DNA of 64,000 nucleotides, from assembly GCF_030013595.1 (NCBI RefSeq), contig NZ_CP122768.1, one strand, 5' to 3'. Shown here one piece after another: positions 1 to 9,416 of the stretch. The notes beneath the pieces were generated by a model. That model had not been told where the DNA came from. It did not search any database and was given only the letters and a program-made list of their open reading frames with translations. A program made the translations under genes and the position numbers. Source of the DNA: Escherichia coli (lineage in GTDB: Bacteria; Pseudomonadota; Gammaproteobacteria; Enterobacterales; Enterobacteriaceae). Within the stretch, counting starts at the first letter, position 1. Each line of letters begins with the position of its first letter.

Positions 1-244
1 TTTCAAGTTCATTAATTTCTTTGCTGAGAGCTTCTTCTGCAGTCGAACCAAAAACACCAAAAGAATTGTTTGAAGCTTTATAATACTTTTCTTTTAAAAA
101 CGAATTAACATTTCTGATACAGTTTTGTGGGTTGTCAGGCGCAAACTGAGGGAATTCATTGGGGTATTTGTGATTCAGATATTCGGCATAAAACCGACAT
201 TTACGGGGATCTTTGCATTTGATAAGCATCTGTTCGTTATTCAT
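1..244 (-). CDS. hypothetical protein, 5' part only (gene continues past window start); low-GC accessory gene
   Basis: ATG at 244..242 preceded by GGAGTGAG Shine-Dalgarno; open frame runs to position 1 (MNNEQMLIKCKDPRKCRFYAEY...); no recognisable family. Confidence 0.4.
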   Translation of the reverse strand, partial: MNNEQMLIKCKDPRKCRFYAEYLNHKYPNEFPQFAPDNPQNCIRNVNSFLKEKYYKASNNSFGVFGSTAEEALSKEINELE

Positions 245-1832
245 TATCTCACTCCATGGCGCCTCTCTTATAACAAAATCGTCTCAATTTTATTTTGTCA
301 CTAAGTGATTATCAAATGTTTTTGTTGTGATTTGTTTGTGTTTTTAAATGTTTATGTCATGTTATCAGTGTTTTTATATAAAGATACATTGATGTTTTTA
401 TGATGGTAAAAAATCATATTTTCTTTTATATTCATTGAGTTATGCTTGTTTGCTCTGCATTTGGGGGATGACAGAAAAGAATGGGCTGTGTTGATCACAT
501 GCGCCGTATGCGCTGTCCAGGTTACAGGGCACCTCAATATTCAGCGTTTTCCTGTTGACTGGCATTGTTAATATTATGTTTTGGTTTTGTTTTATTGTGT
601 GGTTGTGAATGTTGTGTTTAGTTTGATGGTTGAGAAAGAAAAAAGAAGACTATGATGCACTAATCAGGAAATATTTTCGACGCCGGTTGAGTTAAAAGAA
701 CAGATAGAGTGGACAGGTGTTGTGTTAATAGTTTACGGCTGACAGTATTCTTATTTTAATAACAGGTGTTATTATTTATAGATTTATACAGACGATACTC
801 CCGATAAATAGTCAGGTGATGATGGTCGTTGAGTGGTTTTATAAGCTACGTATAGCTCTGTAAGACTTATTAATTCAACGATGACTACCGTTTATTGATA
901 TACCTGTATTCGGGAAATGTCATAAAAAATGTCACGTTGTTTGCAGAATCTTTTGTTTTTTAGTTTCTGATACGCAATGACTAAGCAGGAGGACTCACTT
1001 TGTTTGTATGCTGACCGTGATCGCCAGTGGAGATGAACAATTGACTCTTACATTGAAAAATATACTCTTTTGTATTTTATCGTTTATCCGCATGAAGTAA
1101 ATAATCTTCAGCAATGTTATTTATGTAAATATTATCATCTCACCCTGAGTGTTCATTTTATCAGTGTGATATTCCATTGTTTACTGATGAAATTAACCGA
1201 TAAGTGATCTTGTTAAGATTGCCAGAACGACAGTTTTTGCTGAGTCCGTGCAATGGAAGATGTGTTATATCATCTATTTAAGCAATAAGTTTAATACAGA
1301 TTTCAGAAGATGTGTTGGTGAGTTGATGACTGATTTTCAGAGGGGTATGGGAAAGTGTATGGGATCCCATAAAGAAAAAATCATTATTGTTCAGTTGACG
1401 TATATTTCCGGGTGATGGCTCCAGTCAGCAGAACATGTGTTTTTCGATGAATGACCCAATAACTTTTTCGTGAATTTCCACGGAGCGTGAAAAGCAAATC
1501 GTTTTCCGGTTCAGCCGTTTGATGCGGGAACGGAGTGTCAGATGGAGGTGCTCAATGCACCGGGTAAATATCAATACGATTTGAGGAACCATTTGCTGGT
1601 TGATCTCTTTCCGATAGCATTGGATGCAGAAATAACCACATCCAATGTAAATAAGCATCAATTGCACAGAAGCAATATACCTGCGACCCTCTCCGGAAAT
1701 TCCAGTATCACTGGCTACGTACCGTTTTCAGCAGAACGAAATGCGGCGAGGGTCATTTGGCGGACTGCCACAGATAGCCGTCCGGTTGTGTGCAACGATG
1801 AGGAAGGAATCCCGGGAGCGTTACGTTATGAA

Positions 1833-2405
1833 TCAACAGGCGTATAACAGATACTCGTCAATCATCAGTTCAAGCTCGCGCTTTTCTCGTTTGCGCGCCA
1901 CAGCCCAGCTTTCAAGCTCTGCGTGTGATTTATGCTTTAACTCTTCAGTCCAGGGCTGCATGGAGTGGGCACACATCAGATCATACCAGCACAGCCATAT
2001 CAGCGTGTGGTAGAGATCGCGATCTTCGAAACGCCGGAGCAGACTGTTCAGCCTGTTTGCCAGCCGGCTTTCGCCCAGACGATGTAGCTCACTGAGTAAA
2101 ACGCCGCCCAGATTAAAATGCGTAAGCAGCATGATTTCATGGGTCTGAATGCTGGTCATTAACCCTTCCTGAATGGCAGGAATGAACGGTGGCGTTCCCG
2201 GGTTGACGACCTGATAGAGTCCCTGTGGTGCCACTGAGATGATGGTGCCTTTTTCCGGTAGAAAAAAGTGGGCCAGGGTCAGGCGGTGATAACCATGAAG
2301 ATGCGGAGAGCCCATTCCATGAGCGACAATAAACCGGGTTACACTTGCCATCCATTTCTGATGCTGAATTAGCAGCAGATCACACCGGTTTTCAAGTTTT
2401 TGCAT
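1833..2405 (-). CDS. hypothetical protein (190 aa), directly downstream of the AlpA-like gene
   Basis: ORF-track frame; ATG at 2405..2403; no family recognised. Confidence 0.35.
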   Translation of the reverse strand: MQKLENRCDLLLIQHQKWMASVTRFIVAHGMGSPHLHGYHRLTLAHFFLPEKGTIISVAPQGLYQVVNPGTPPFIPAIQEGLMTSIQTHEIMLLTHFNLGGVLLSELHRLGESRLANRLNSLLRRFEDRDLYHTLIWLCWYDLMCAHSMQPWTEELKHKSHAELESWAVARKREKRELELMIDEYLLYAC

Positions 2406-2490
2406 AATATTCTCTCCTTTAGCACGCAGCAGAATGCCTCCGGAGGCCGGATAGTGTATTCGCTGCGGTTGAACGGATAACGGTCAGGAA

Positions 2491-2697
2491 TTACGGACGG
2501 GATTGTGCAATACGCGCCTGCAACCAGGCTTCCACTTCACTTTTCAGCCATCGGGAGCTGCGGCCGAGTTTGATGGGGGCCGGAAAGGCACCATCTTTGA
2601 TGAGCTTATAAAACCACTTATCGGTTAAGCCGGTCAGTTGAGTGATAAACGCCATGTCGACCATCTGGTCATCCATCAGCGAAACTGGGGTCTTCAT
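2491..2697 (-). CDS. AlpA-family prophage regulatory protein (small HTH activator/excisionase-like)
   Basis: 68-aa product with ...ITQLTGLTDKWFYKLIKDGAFPAPIKLGRSSRWLKSEVEAWL..., the characteristic AlpA/phage-regulatory HTH pattern. Confidence 0.75.
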   Translation of the reverse strand: MKTPVSLMDDQMVDMAFITQLTGLTDKWFYKLIKDGAFPAPIKLGRSSRWLKSEVEAWLQARIAQSRP

Positions 2698-3079
2698 GAA
2701 AATGTTCCTCCGGATGTTGTTAATCTCAACCGGCGTTGGTGATGAAAACGACGCACCACCTTCACCGGCATAACAACCGGGGAGAAACGTAAAAAAGTTG
2801 AGGAATATTCCTGCCAGGAGAGAAACTGTTGTGTACAGGCAATACAGGTTGTCTGTTTTGTCAGTGAAGCCGGTATAAACGGAAGATGATTTTGTGTTGC
2901 CGGAATATGGGATGGCGTTTTGCCGTGACGGAATCAGTATTTTCAGTGATGATTATTACTGCGCAGGGGAGTATCGGAGATAAACCACGCCCTGTACCTG
3001 CCAGAGCTGTGGTTTGTATTTACTGAAAGGAAGATAAAGCAGAGGTAAACACTGTTGCGGTGAACGGAGAAGACTGAAA

Positions 3080-3871
3080 TTATTCTCCGTAATTACAAAC
3101 AACAGTGATCTGATCCGGTTTTTTTACCGTTACGGGTTTCCGGGGATCAATTTTATAGACCGGGGTAATGACCACGCCGGAATTTATGGAGAAAAGCGGG
3201 ATCCAGCAATAAACGTCCGGATATTTCTGTGTCTCCGGAATACCTTTTGCGCCAGAGGCCATCAGATCTTTAACGCTCACGAAAAATGACTGCCGCAGAT
3301 CAAAAAAGTACTCGTCATATATCACGTCTTTTGCCAGCAGGATGACTGCATTACCAACAGCCGCTTTTACAGGTGTTTCACCGGATGGATTATCGTGATT
3401 GTATATTGTTCTTTCAATATAAATAAAACAGGCATATTTTGCCTTCTCCCCGGACAGTTGCATCTGGTATTCGCAAATGTCTTTGATACGCCGGCTTTCA
3501 ACCCGTCCAATCATCTTATCCCGGCGATAGTGTCTTTTATGTTTCAGCGCGTATAGAACACCATTTGAACTGTCAAACTCCAGGATTCTTTTGGTGAAAA
3601 GTTTGTTTTCCCAGATTTCCAGACAATACTTCTCTGCACTGACGACATTGCGTTTGTGAGGAAGATCCCGTTGATACACTCCATTTAATAAGCGTGACTG
3701 CAGTTTGCCTGCAAGTTGATAATAACAGTTAATATCGTTAAGGACAGGTGCTGTGGCGCTGAGTAATGCGTCGATTACCTTAGAGCGCGAAAGTTTGTGG
3801 GTATGACAGTACTCATCCACAATTCGCAGCGTCTCATCACTGGTCATATTGAAAGTTATACGTGTTGTCAT
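3080..3871 (-). CDS. hypothetical protein (263 aa) with possible N-terminal ribbon-helix-helix DNA-binding motif
   Basis: N-terminus TRITFNMTSDETLRIVDEYCHTHKLSRSKVIDALL fits a beta-alpha-alpha RHH pattern (inference); remaining ~220 aa unrecognised. Confidence 0.4.
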   Translation of the reverse strand: MTTRITFNMTSDETLRIVDEYCHTHKLSRSKVIDALLSATAPVLNDINCYYQLAGKLQSRLLNGVYQRDLPHKRNVVSAEKYCLEIWENKLFTKRILEFDSSNGVLYALKHKRHYRRDKMIGRVESRRIKDICEYQMQLSGEKAKYACFIYIERTIYNHDNPSGETPVKAAVGNAVILLAKDVIYDEYFFDLRQSFFVSVKDLMASGAKGIPETQKYPDVYCWIPLFSINSGVVITPVYKIDPRKPVTVKKPDQITVVCNYGE

Positions 3872-4685
3872 GATGAAGTTTTCTGTTAATCATATTGGTT
3901 GATATGCATAACATTCCATAAAAAACACTGTTAATTCATATAATTAATTTTTTGTGTGTTTTTGTCCTTGAGTGGTGGAAAGCAGGGTTACTGCCACTGT
4001 ACTCAGCATAACTCTATCACATAGAACCACAGAAAATGAAGCATTGCTCAGGGGGGAGGTACTTATACGAGTTCTCTGAACCGTGATAACCAGTATTTTT
4101 CATTTTGGGTGATTTGTCGTTACAGCTACAGGCAGTTCATGTACTATTAAAAAATAATTAAGGTTAATTAGTATTATTTATAGAAGTATGGTTATGTAAA
4201 TGAACCCTGTAATTCTGTAATTCCACCTTGTAACCCAATCCTGTAGACGAATCTCTCATAAAGATATGCTCATAGAAGTATCTGTACAGAGATATTCTCT
4301 GTAGTAGTACTTGTAACTCTGTCCTTAACTCTCTCTGCTGTAATGTAATCTCGTAACACCTGAATATAAATCTGTCATGTACACACACTGACTGTAATGT
4401 ACTTTGTTAAGTAATGCCTGTTGTGTGGAGGCTATTCTGGCTAAATAAGAGTATGAATCGTCAGTGTCAATAGTGTGGATAACGGTGGTTGAGGGATTTA
4501 CTGTTAATGATCTGCTCTTGCAACTCACCTGATGAGTATTAGTGGTAATACATAATCTTACTCGTAAAAAAGTATACCTTATGCCATTAAACAGCCTTCC
4601 GGAGTGTTGTTTACTATCCGATTGCCTCTGTTACTTCTGTAATGCATTAATACGTGTAACGCCACGTTACTTGTAATATCTGGTT
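3872..4685. promoter_or_regulatory. ~800-bp AT-rich divergent intergenic region with more than a dozen degenerate YTGTAAY motifs and a CTGTACAG-containing imperfect palindrome (4282-4305); candidate operator/iteron region
   Basis: Direct reading: ctgtaattctgtaatt (4207-4222), gctgtaatgtaatctcgtaac (4336-4356), actgtaatgtactttgttaagtaatg (4389-4414), tctgtaatgcattaatacgtgtaac...cttgtaat (4636-4677); no convincing ORF. Confidence 0.4.
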
Positions 4686-5039
4686 ATGGCGTTATGCCTT
4701 CAGCATTTAAAATATTTTATTACCGGAGAGACAGGAAAGTGGAAAGACTTCCGGGATGACGTCAGAATACGTTATTCTAACGGTATTATGTTAACGTTAA
4801 TCACAGCACAAAATAACGAGAGGATAATGGAAGTTAAGACCAAAGAAGACTGGCTATATCAGTTTCGTCGTTGTTTATCCCGGGAGACACTGGAAAAAGT
4901 GATTTCCCACACGCGTTATAAACTTACCCCTGCGGAGCTGGAAGCTTTCAACTCTGCGGTCGATCACCGGCTGGCAGAACTGACCATGAACAAACTTTAC
5001 GATCGTGTTCCCGCTTCAGTCTGGAAATATGTTACCTGA
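4686..5039 (+). CDS. hypothetical protein (up to 117 aa; true start may be the internal ATG at MEVKTKEDW)
   Basis: ORF-track frame; internal ATG has a GAGAGGA Shine-Dalgarno; no family recognised. Confidence 0.3.
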   Translation: MALCLQHLKYFITGETGKWKDFRDDVRIRYSNGIMLTLITAQNNERIMEVKTKEDWLYQFRRCLSRETLEKVISHTRYKLTPAELEAFNSAVDHRLAELTMNKLYDRVPASVWKYVT

Positions 5040-5270
5040 TAAATGTTTCTGATGAAGTACAGTCGTCACAATGACATCATATCAGATATTATCTGCGCTG
5101 TGATTGACAGTCACGTATGCCGTTCTCTGTATGGTTCTGATACCCGGGTGTGCTCCCACTTTCTCTGTGGCGCCCGGGGAGTTGTGAACTTGCACGTCTT
5201 CGTGTGATAACGTTTTCTTCAAAAATTACGCCAGCGCTTCTTCCTGTGTTACAGAACACGAGGAAGAAAC

Positions 5271-5870
5271 ATGAATACTTACAATGCCAATCCCGGTTAC
5301 GAAATGGATCCCCAGCTCCTGACACACTTTAACCAGCATCTGGATTCATTATTCGGGGTCTATTCGAAGCTGTTACCGTTCAGAATGGATTTTGCTTACC
5401 GAAAAAACACATTCAGCTACGGATGCGCCTGCAGGTACGCCATGTGCGCGGAGATGCTGCAACTGATTAACGAGGTGGGAGAGAAACTGGTCGGGTATGC
5501 CTGGGTAATGGAATATACGGAACGTAAAGGGCTTCACATTCATTTTGTGGGCTATCTGAACGGTCAGAGCCACAGGAGTTCGTATCTGGTATCCAGATTG
5601 ATGGGAGATATCTGGAGGCGGGTTACCGATGGTAATGGTTACTACCACTGGTGCCGGTTTAATAAAAATTATCCGGTAAACATTAATCACGTCATTCACT
5701 ATTCAGACCACAAAGCGGTGAATGCTTTACGCTATGCCATTAGCTACCTTGCCAAACGAGAACAGAAAGAATGTGGCATCGTTCTTGGTTGCAGCAGGCT
5801 TCCTGAAAAAAGTCACCGGGGGCGACCGCGACTGGACAGCACCCTGCCGGGGATATGTTCTCAGGTATAA
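5271..5870 (+). CDS. HUH-type replication-initiator-like protein (inovirus Gp2 / YagK-YfjJ family-like)
   Basis: AGGAAG Shine-Dalgarno before ATG; HUH-like motif GLHIHFVGY and Tyr motif LRYAISYLAK typical of rolling-circle Rep/Gp2-family proteins (family assignment from recall). Confidence 0.5.
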   Translation: MNTYNANPGYEMDPQLLTHFNQHLDSLFGVYSKLLPFRMDFAYRKNTFSYGCACRYAMCAEMLQLINEVGEKLVGYAWVMEYTERKGLHIHFVGYLNGQSHRSSYLVSRLMGDIWRRVTDGNGYYHWCRFNKNYPVNINHVIHYSDHKAVNALRYAISYLAKREQKECGIVLGCSRLPEKSHRGRPRLDSTLPGICSQV

Positions 5871-5963
5871 GGTTCTGAGCGACAACTGCGGACTGGCTCT
5901 AATCTTTGCAGTCGGTTCCGGAGGCTACTTCAGAGGCACTATGCATTTTTTACGATGTGGTTA

Positions 5964-5989
5964 CTCCGTATGAACGAAACCATACGGAG
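5964..5989. repeat. perfect 9-bp inverted repeat (ctccgtatg / catacggag) with 8-nt loop, just downstream of the Rep-like gene; no U-tract on either side
   Basis: Seen directly in sequence; not an intrinsic terminator in either orientation. Confidence 0.5.
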
Positions 5990-6245
5990 ACTTAACCATA
6001 CATGACACACCAGTAAAACCCCTGATGGCTGCAACGGTGCTGCATGCGCTGGATGTCCATCTCTGCTTGCTGACAGTTTTTTACGTCGGTGGGCCATTGT
6101 GTGACAACCACAGTGCTGTAACAGCAGCCTGCCTGTTTTACCTCACCCCCATTCCAGATTTTTAACTGAACCGCCATTCACACCCTGACCACGCTGCCCG
6201 TACCGGGACGGTTGCTGCCTGCGTGTCGTCTGGCGGCTGAGGAAT

Positions 6246-6635
6246 ATGACGATGTACGCAAAATCTTTTCTCGCATTCGATGGCAACGGACGCCTGACCG
6301 GTGCCCGTACTGCACAGACAGCGCCTTACGATCGATACACCTGTCACCTTTGCGGCAGTGCGCTCAGATACCACCCGCAATACGATACCGAACGTCCCTG
6401 GTTTGAACACACTGGCGAAGGGCTGGCTGAGCACGGTCATGAGTGCCCTTATGTCAGACCGGAGCGCAGAGAAATACTGTTGATTAAACGCTTACAGCAA
6501 TGGGTACCGGATGCCTTACCCGTGGTGCGTAAAACCAGCTGGCACTGCAGACAATGTCACCACGATTATTATGGGGAGCAGTACTGCACACACTGTCATA
6601 CAGGGCGTTTCAGTGAGGAGGCAGTGGCAGGATGA
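6246..6635 (+). CDS. Cys-rich zinc-ribbon protein (129 aa; alternative start at 6252), first of a paralogous tandem pair
   Basis: Motifs CHLCG...WFEH...C and WHCRQC-x9-CTHC; stop overlaps next ORF start in ATGA. Confidence 0.45.
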   Translation: MTMYAKSFLAFDGNGRLTGARTAQTAPYDRYTCHLCGSALRYHPQYDTERPWFEHTGEGLAEHGHECPYVRPERREILLIKRLQQWVPDALPVVRKTSWHCRQCHHDYYGEQYCTHCHTGRFSEEAVAG

Positions 6636-7057
6636 ACGGTCTAAAAACGGGGCTGGGGATCACGCCAGGTGAGCACATTATCAGTGCCGATTCTGCGCTC
6701 AGCAGAAATATCAGGCATTGTTTCTGCCTTTCCTGTCGTGGTCGGTTGATTTTGCAGACAGATGCTCAGGGGGCGTGGTTTGAGCATGATTTACATGCCC
6801 TGACCGCGCAACAGAAGACGGCCTGTGTGGTGCTGAATCCGGAAAAATCCCATCCTTACATTGATGATATGGCGATGTTTTTATCGCCATTACCTGTCGT
6901 GCTGGAGTGGCATTGTGTGATGTGCGGGCAGCATTTTCCCGGGAAAAAGTTCTGTGAAGCCTGTGGCACGGGGATCTATTCCAGAGCGGTATGTACAAAG
7001 TATGTTTACAGCTACCAGCCAGACTTGTTCCAGGACTGTGGAAGTGCGAGCACTTAA
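6632..7057 (+). CDS. Cys-rich zinc-ribbon protein (141 aa), paralog of the upstream ORF
   Basis: Motifs CFCLSC...WFEH...C and WHCVMC-x9-CEAC; GAGGAGG Shine-Dalgarno at 6615-6621; ATGA overlap with upstream ORF. Confidence 0.45.
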   Translation: MNGLKTGLGITPGEHIISADSALSRNIRHCFCLSCRGRLILQTDAQGAWFEHDLHALTAQQKTACVVLNPEKSHPYIDDMAMFLSPLPVVLEWHCVMCGQHFPGKKFCEACGTGIYSRAVCTKYVYSYQPDLFQDCGSAST

Positions 7058-7321
7058 TCCGAAATGCCTGGTCTGCGCAGGGCGTTCAATCCAACTCGAC
7101 GAACATCTTCCAGTGTTGAATTAGCTGATAGCTCCTCCATTTTTTGTAAAGAACAGTTATACAGGCTTATTTGAACAGCTCTCTTTTTATTCAAACACAG
7201 CCAACAATACTCAGATGTAAGTATTTTTATATTCATGAATGGAGAGGCAAGGTCTGATGAATTTAATTACAGAACGTTCTTGAGCCATTGTCCTCTCCAG
7301 TTCATTAAAATAGTTACTACG

Positions 7322-9406
7322 TTAATTCACACCCAGCGCCTTATAAACAGCATCAACCGGGTCTGAGTAAAAACTCACCTGAAACTTGGTAAATAACTCT
7401 GCCGGAACCGTTGGAATATCCATAGCCGAGGACATCGGCAACAGAACCCGTTTTGCACCGCTGTCGAAGGCGAGCTGTAAACTGGCGGCAAGATCCTGCA
7501 CCGGGTTAATTACCCCACCAAGCGTCATACTGCCCAACACCACCATCTGTTCCTGCACCGGTTTTGCCAGCAATATCGAACATAAAGCGATAAGCGCAGC
7601 AAGACTGGTTGCGGTGCTTGGGCCAGTATTATGCAGTTCAACGACATGAAGGTGATATTCATGATCGGAGAATTTCGCGGCCGCGCTTACCCGATTCAAA
7701 TTGCCTTTGAAGTAATCGAAACCGACGCGGATAGCTTCTTTCGCGGAGGTATTTGAACCCAGACCCGATACACTATGCTTACCATTACCGGCAGTCATCT
7801 GTGTTTCAAAACGATACAGCCCGGTCATGCCGCTTTCTGCCTGAGTGACCAGATGCACAACACCCGGCTTTGGCATTCCGGCAGGAATAAGTTCGCTGCC
7901 GCCCTGTTCCGGTACGCTCACAAAAAACTCTTCCAGCGTTTCGTTGTCGATGTAGCTAAAGTTCACATCGAAGAACTCCAGACCGCCCAGTTTTTTAAGT
8001 TGCTCTTTCACGCGGCGACGAACTTCCATCGCATAGGTCAGGCAGACTCGCACATCTTCTTTGCTGTACGCGCCATCGGGATGCATGAGTTTTAACAACC
8101 CCGACACGGTACGTCGAACGGCAATAACGTCACGCTGGTTGAGGTTGTTACCCAGCTTAAAGAATTTATCAATCGCATCAGAGAAACTGCGTTTGCGCAT
8201 TTCGCGCATATATTCAGCGAGATAATCCGTAATCAGCCCGTAACGGTTGGTAAAAAATTCCGGGCGCATTTTGGGGATTTCCCAACCGGGAATATAGGCA
8301 TGAAAGCGGTCGAAAAATGCAGTATCAATCATCGCAGCCGGAAATGGCGCCAGCAAATGGCTGGTTTTAACGAGAGTCTCTACGCTTTGATTGATGTTGC
8401 CGACGAAAACCATCGACGCTTTACCTTCAATCGAATCTCTGCCGCGAGAGAAAGATCCTGACGCCATGTAATCTTTCATGATTTGCACGCCGTCTTTATC
8501 TTTGAAAGTGATCCCCGCGACTTCGTCGAACGCTACCACATCCCACATGCCAACCAGGCCGATCTGGCGACTGGCCATGTTGTAGAACAGGTTGGCAACG
8601 GTCGTTTGCCCGCCAGAAACTAACAGGGAGTTAGGAGAACACTCTTTATACACATGGCTTTTACCGGTGCCACGCGGCCCCAGCTCGCAAACGTTATAGT
8701 TGTTCTCCACGAACGGGATCATACGGGTGATAAGGTGCCATTTGGTGCGTTGCTCAATATTGGCGGGCTCCATACCCACTGAGCGCAGCAGCACATCGAT
8801 CCACTGATCACGGTTAAAGTGTTTACGCGCATCGAACACTTCTTCCATATCCATATTCGGCATCTGGATAGGCTTAAGCGTCATCAATGAGAAGGGCGAA
8901 GTCTTCTGCCCTTCTTCAAAGAAATAGTTGACGGTAATCATGCACCAGATACCGCCCGTTAGTAGCTTCTCGTTGTCTTTAACCATCTGCGAGGGCACCA
9001 GCGCGTCTTTGATGCCGAGGTTAGAAAGCTGGGCTTCGTAAACGTCTTTTTTCTGGTTCAGTTTCACCGACACTTTATCGATGATTTTGTACGAACCACG
9101 CTCGCGGATCAGCGACTTCACTTTCTCTGCTTCATCCGGGCGCACATAGTTATCAGCCAGAATACGCTTAACGTTTTGCAACCCTTGCTCGACCACGTCG
9201 TCATCGTCAGAGGCGCAGTACATGCCGAGCAGATACTCCAGCACATACACCGGGACGTTTGCCCCTTCCTTGAGTTGCTTGGTGAGATCTTTACGCACCA
9301 CACGACCAGCAAAATGCTGGTTCAGCAGGGCGTCCAGATCGTAACCCTCGGAGGCAATTTCCCCTGCGGATACGCCTGAAACAGGTAAATCATGATGGGT
9401 TTGCAT
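7322..9406 (-). CDS. brxL: BREX Lon-like protease/ATPase BrxL
   Basis: 694 aa; P-loop ELGPRGTGKSH in the ATPase region and Lon S16-like C-terminus; lies directly after pglZ as in type 1 BREX. Confidence 0.85.
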   Translation of the reverse strand: MQTHHDLPVSGVSAGEIASEGYDLDALLNQHFAGRVVRKDLTKQLKEGANVPVYVLEYLLGMYCASDDDDVVEQGLQNVKRILADNYVRPDEAEKVKSLIRERGSYKIIDKVSVKLNQKKDVYEAQLSNLGIKDALVPSQMVKDNEKLLTGGIWCMITVNYFFEEGQKTSPFSLMTLKPIQMPNMDMEEVFDARKHFNRDQWIDVLLRSVGMEPANIEQRTKWHLITRMIPFVENNYNVCELGPRGTGKSHVYKECSPNSLLVSGGQTTVANLFYNMASRQIGLVGMWDVVAFDEVAGITFKDKDGVQIMKDYMASGSFSRGRDSIEGKASMVFVGNINQSVETLVKTSHLLAPFPAAMIDTAFFDRFHAYIPGWEIPKMRPEFFTNRYGLITDYLAEYMREMRKRSFSDAIDKFFKLGNNLNQRDVIAVRRTVSGLLKLMHPDGAYSKEDVRVCLTYAMEVRRRVKEQLKKLGGLEFFDVNFSYIDNETLEEFFVSVPEQGGSELIPAGMPKPGVVHLVTQAESGMTGLYRFETQMTAGNGKHSVSGLGSNTSAKEAIRVGFDYFKGNLNRVSAAAKFSDHEYHLHVVELHNTGPSTATSLAALIALCSILLAKPVQEQMVVLGSMTLGGVINPVQDLAASLQLAFDSGAKRVLLPMSSAMDIPTVPAELFTKFQVSFYSDPVDAVYKALGVN

Positions 9407-9416
9407 ATCGCCTCAC

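Noticed and set aside
1425..2013. Short ORFs (80-101 aa) on both strands in the AT-rich region and overlapping the 190-aa ORF
   Set aside because: Mutually overlapping, no ribosome-binding sites, no recognisable motifs; treated as noise.
3872..4685. Possible CRISPR array suggested by the repeated short motifs
   Set aside because: Repeats are short (6-7 bp), degenerate and irregularly spaced; no 25-40 bp direct repeats with uniform spacers and no cas genes in the window.
5722..5973. 83-aa plus-strand ORF overlapping the 3' end of the Rep-like gene
   Set aside because: Alternative frame over a better-supported gene, with no Shine-Dalgarno; likely spurious.
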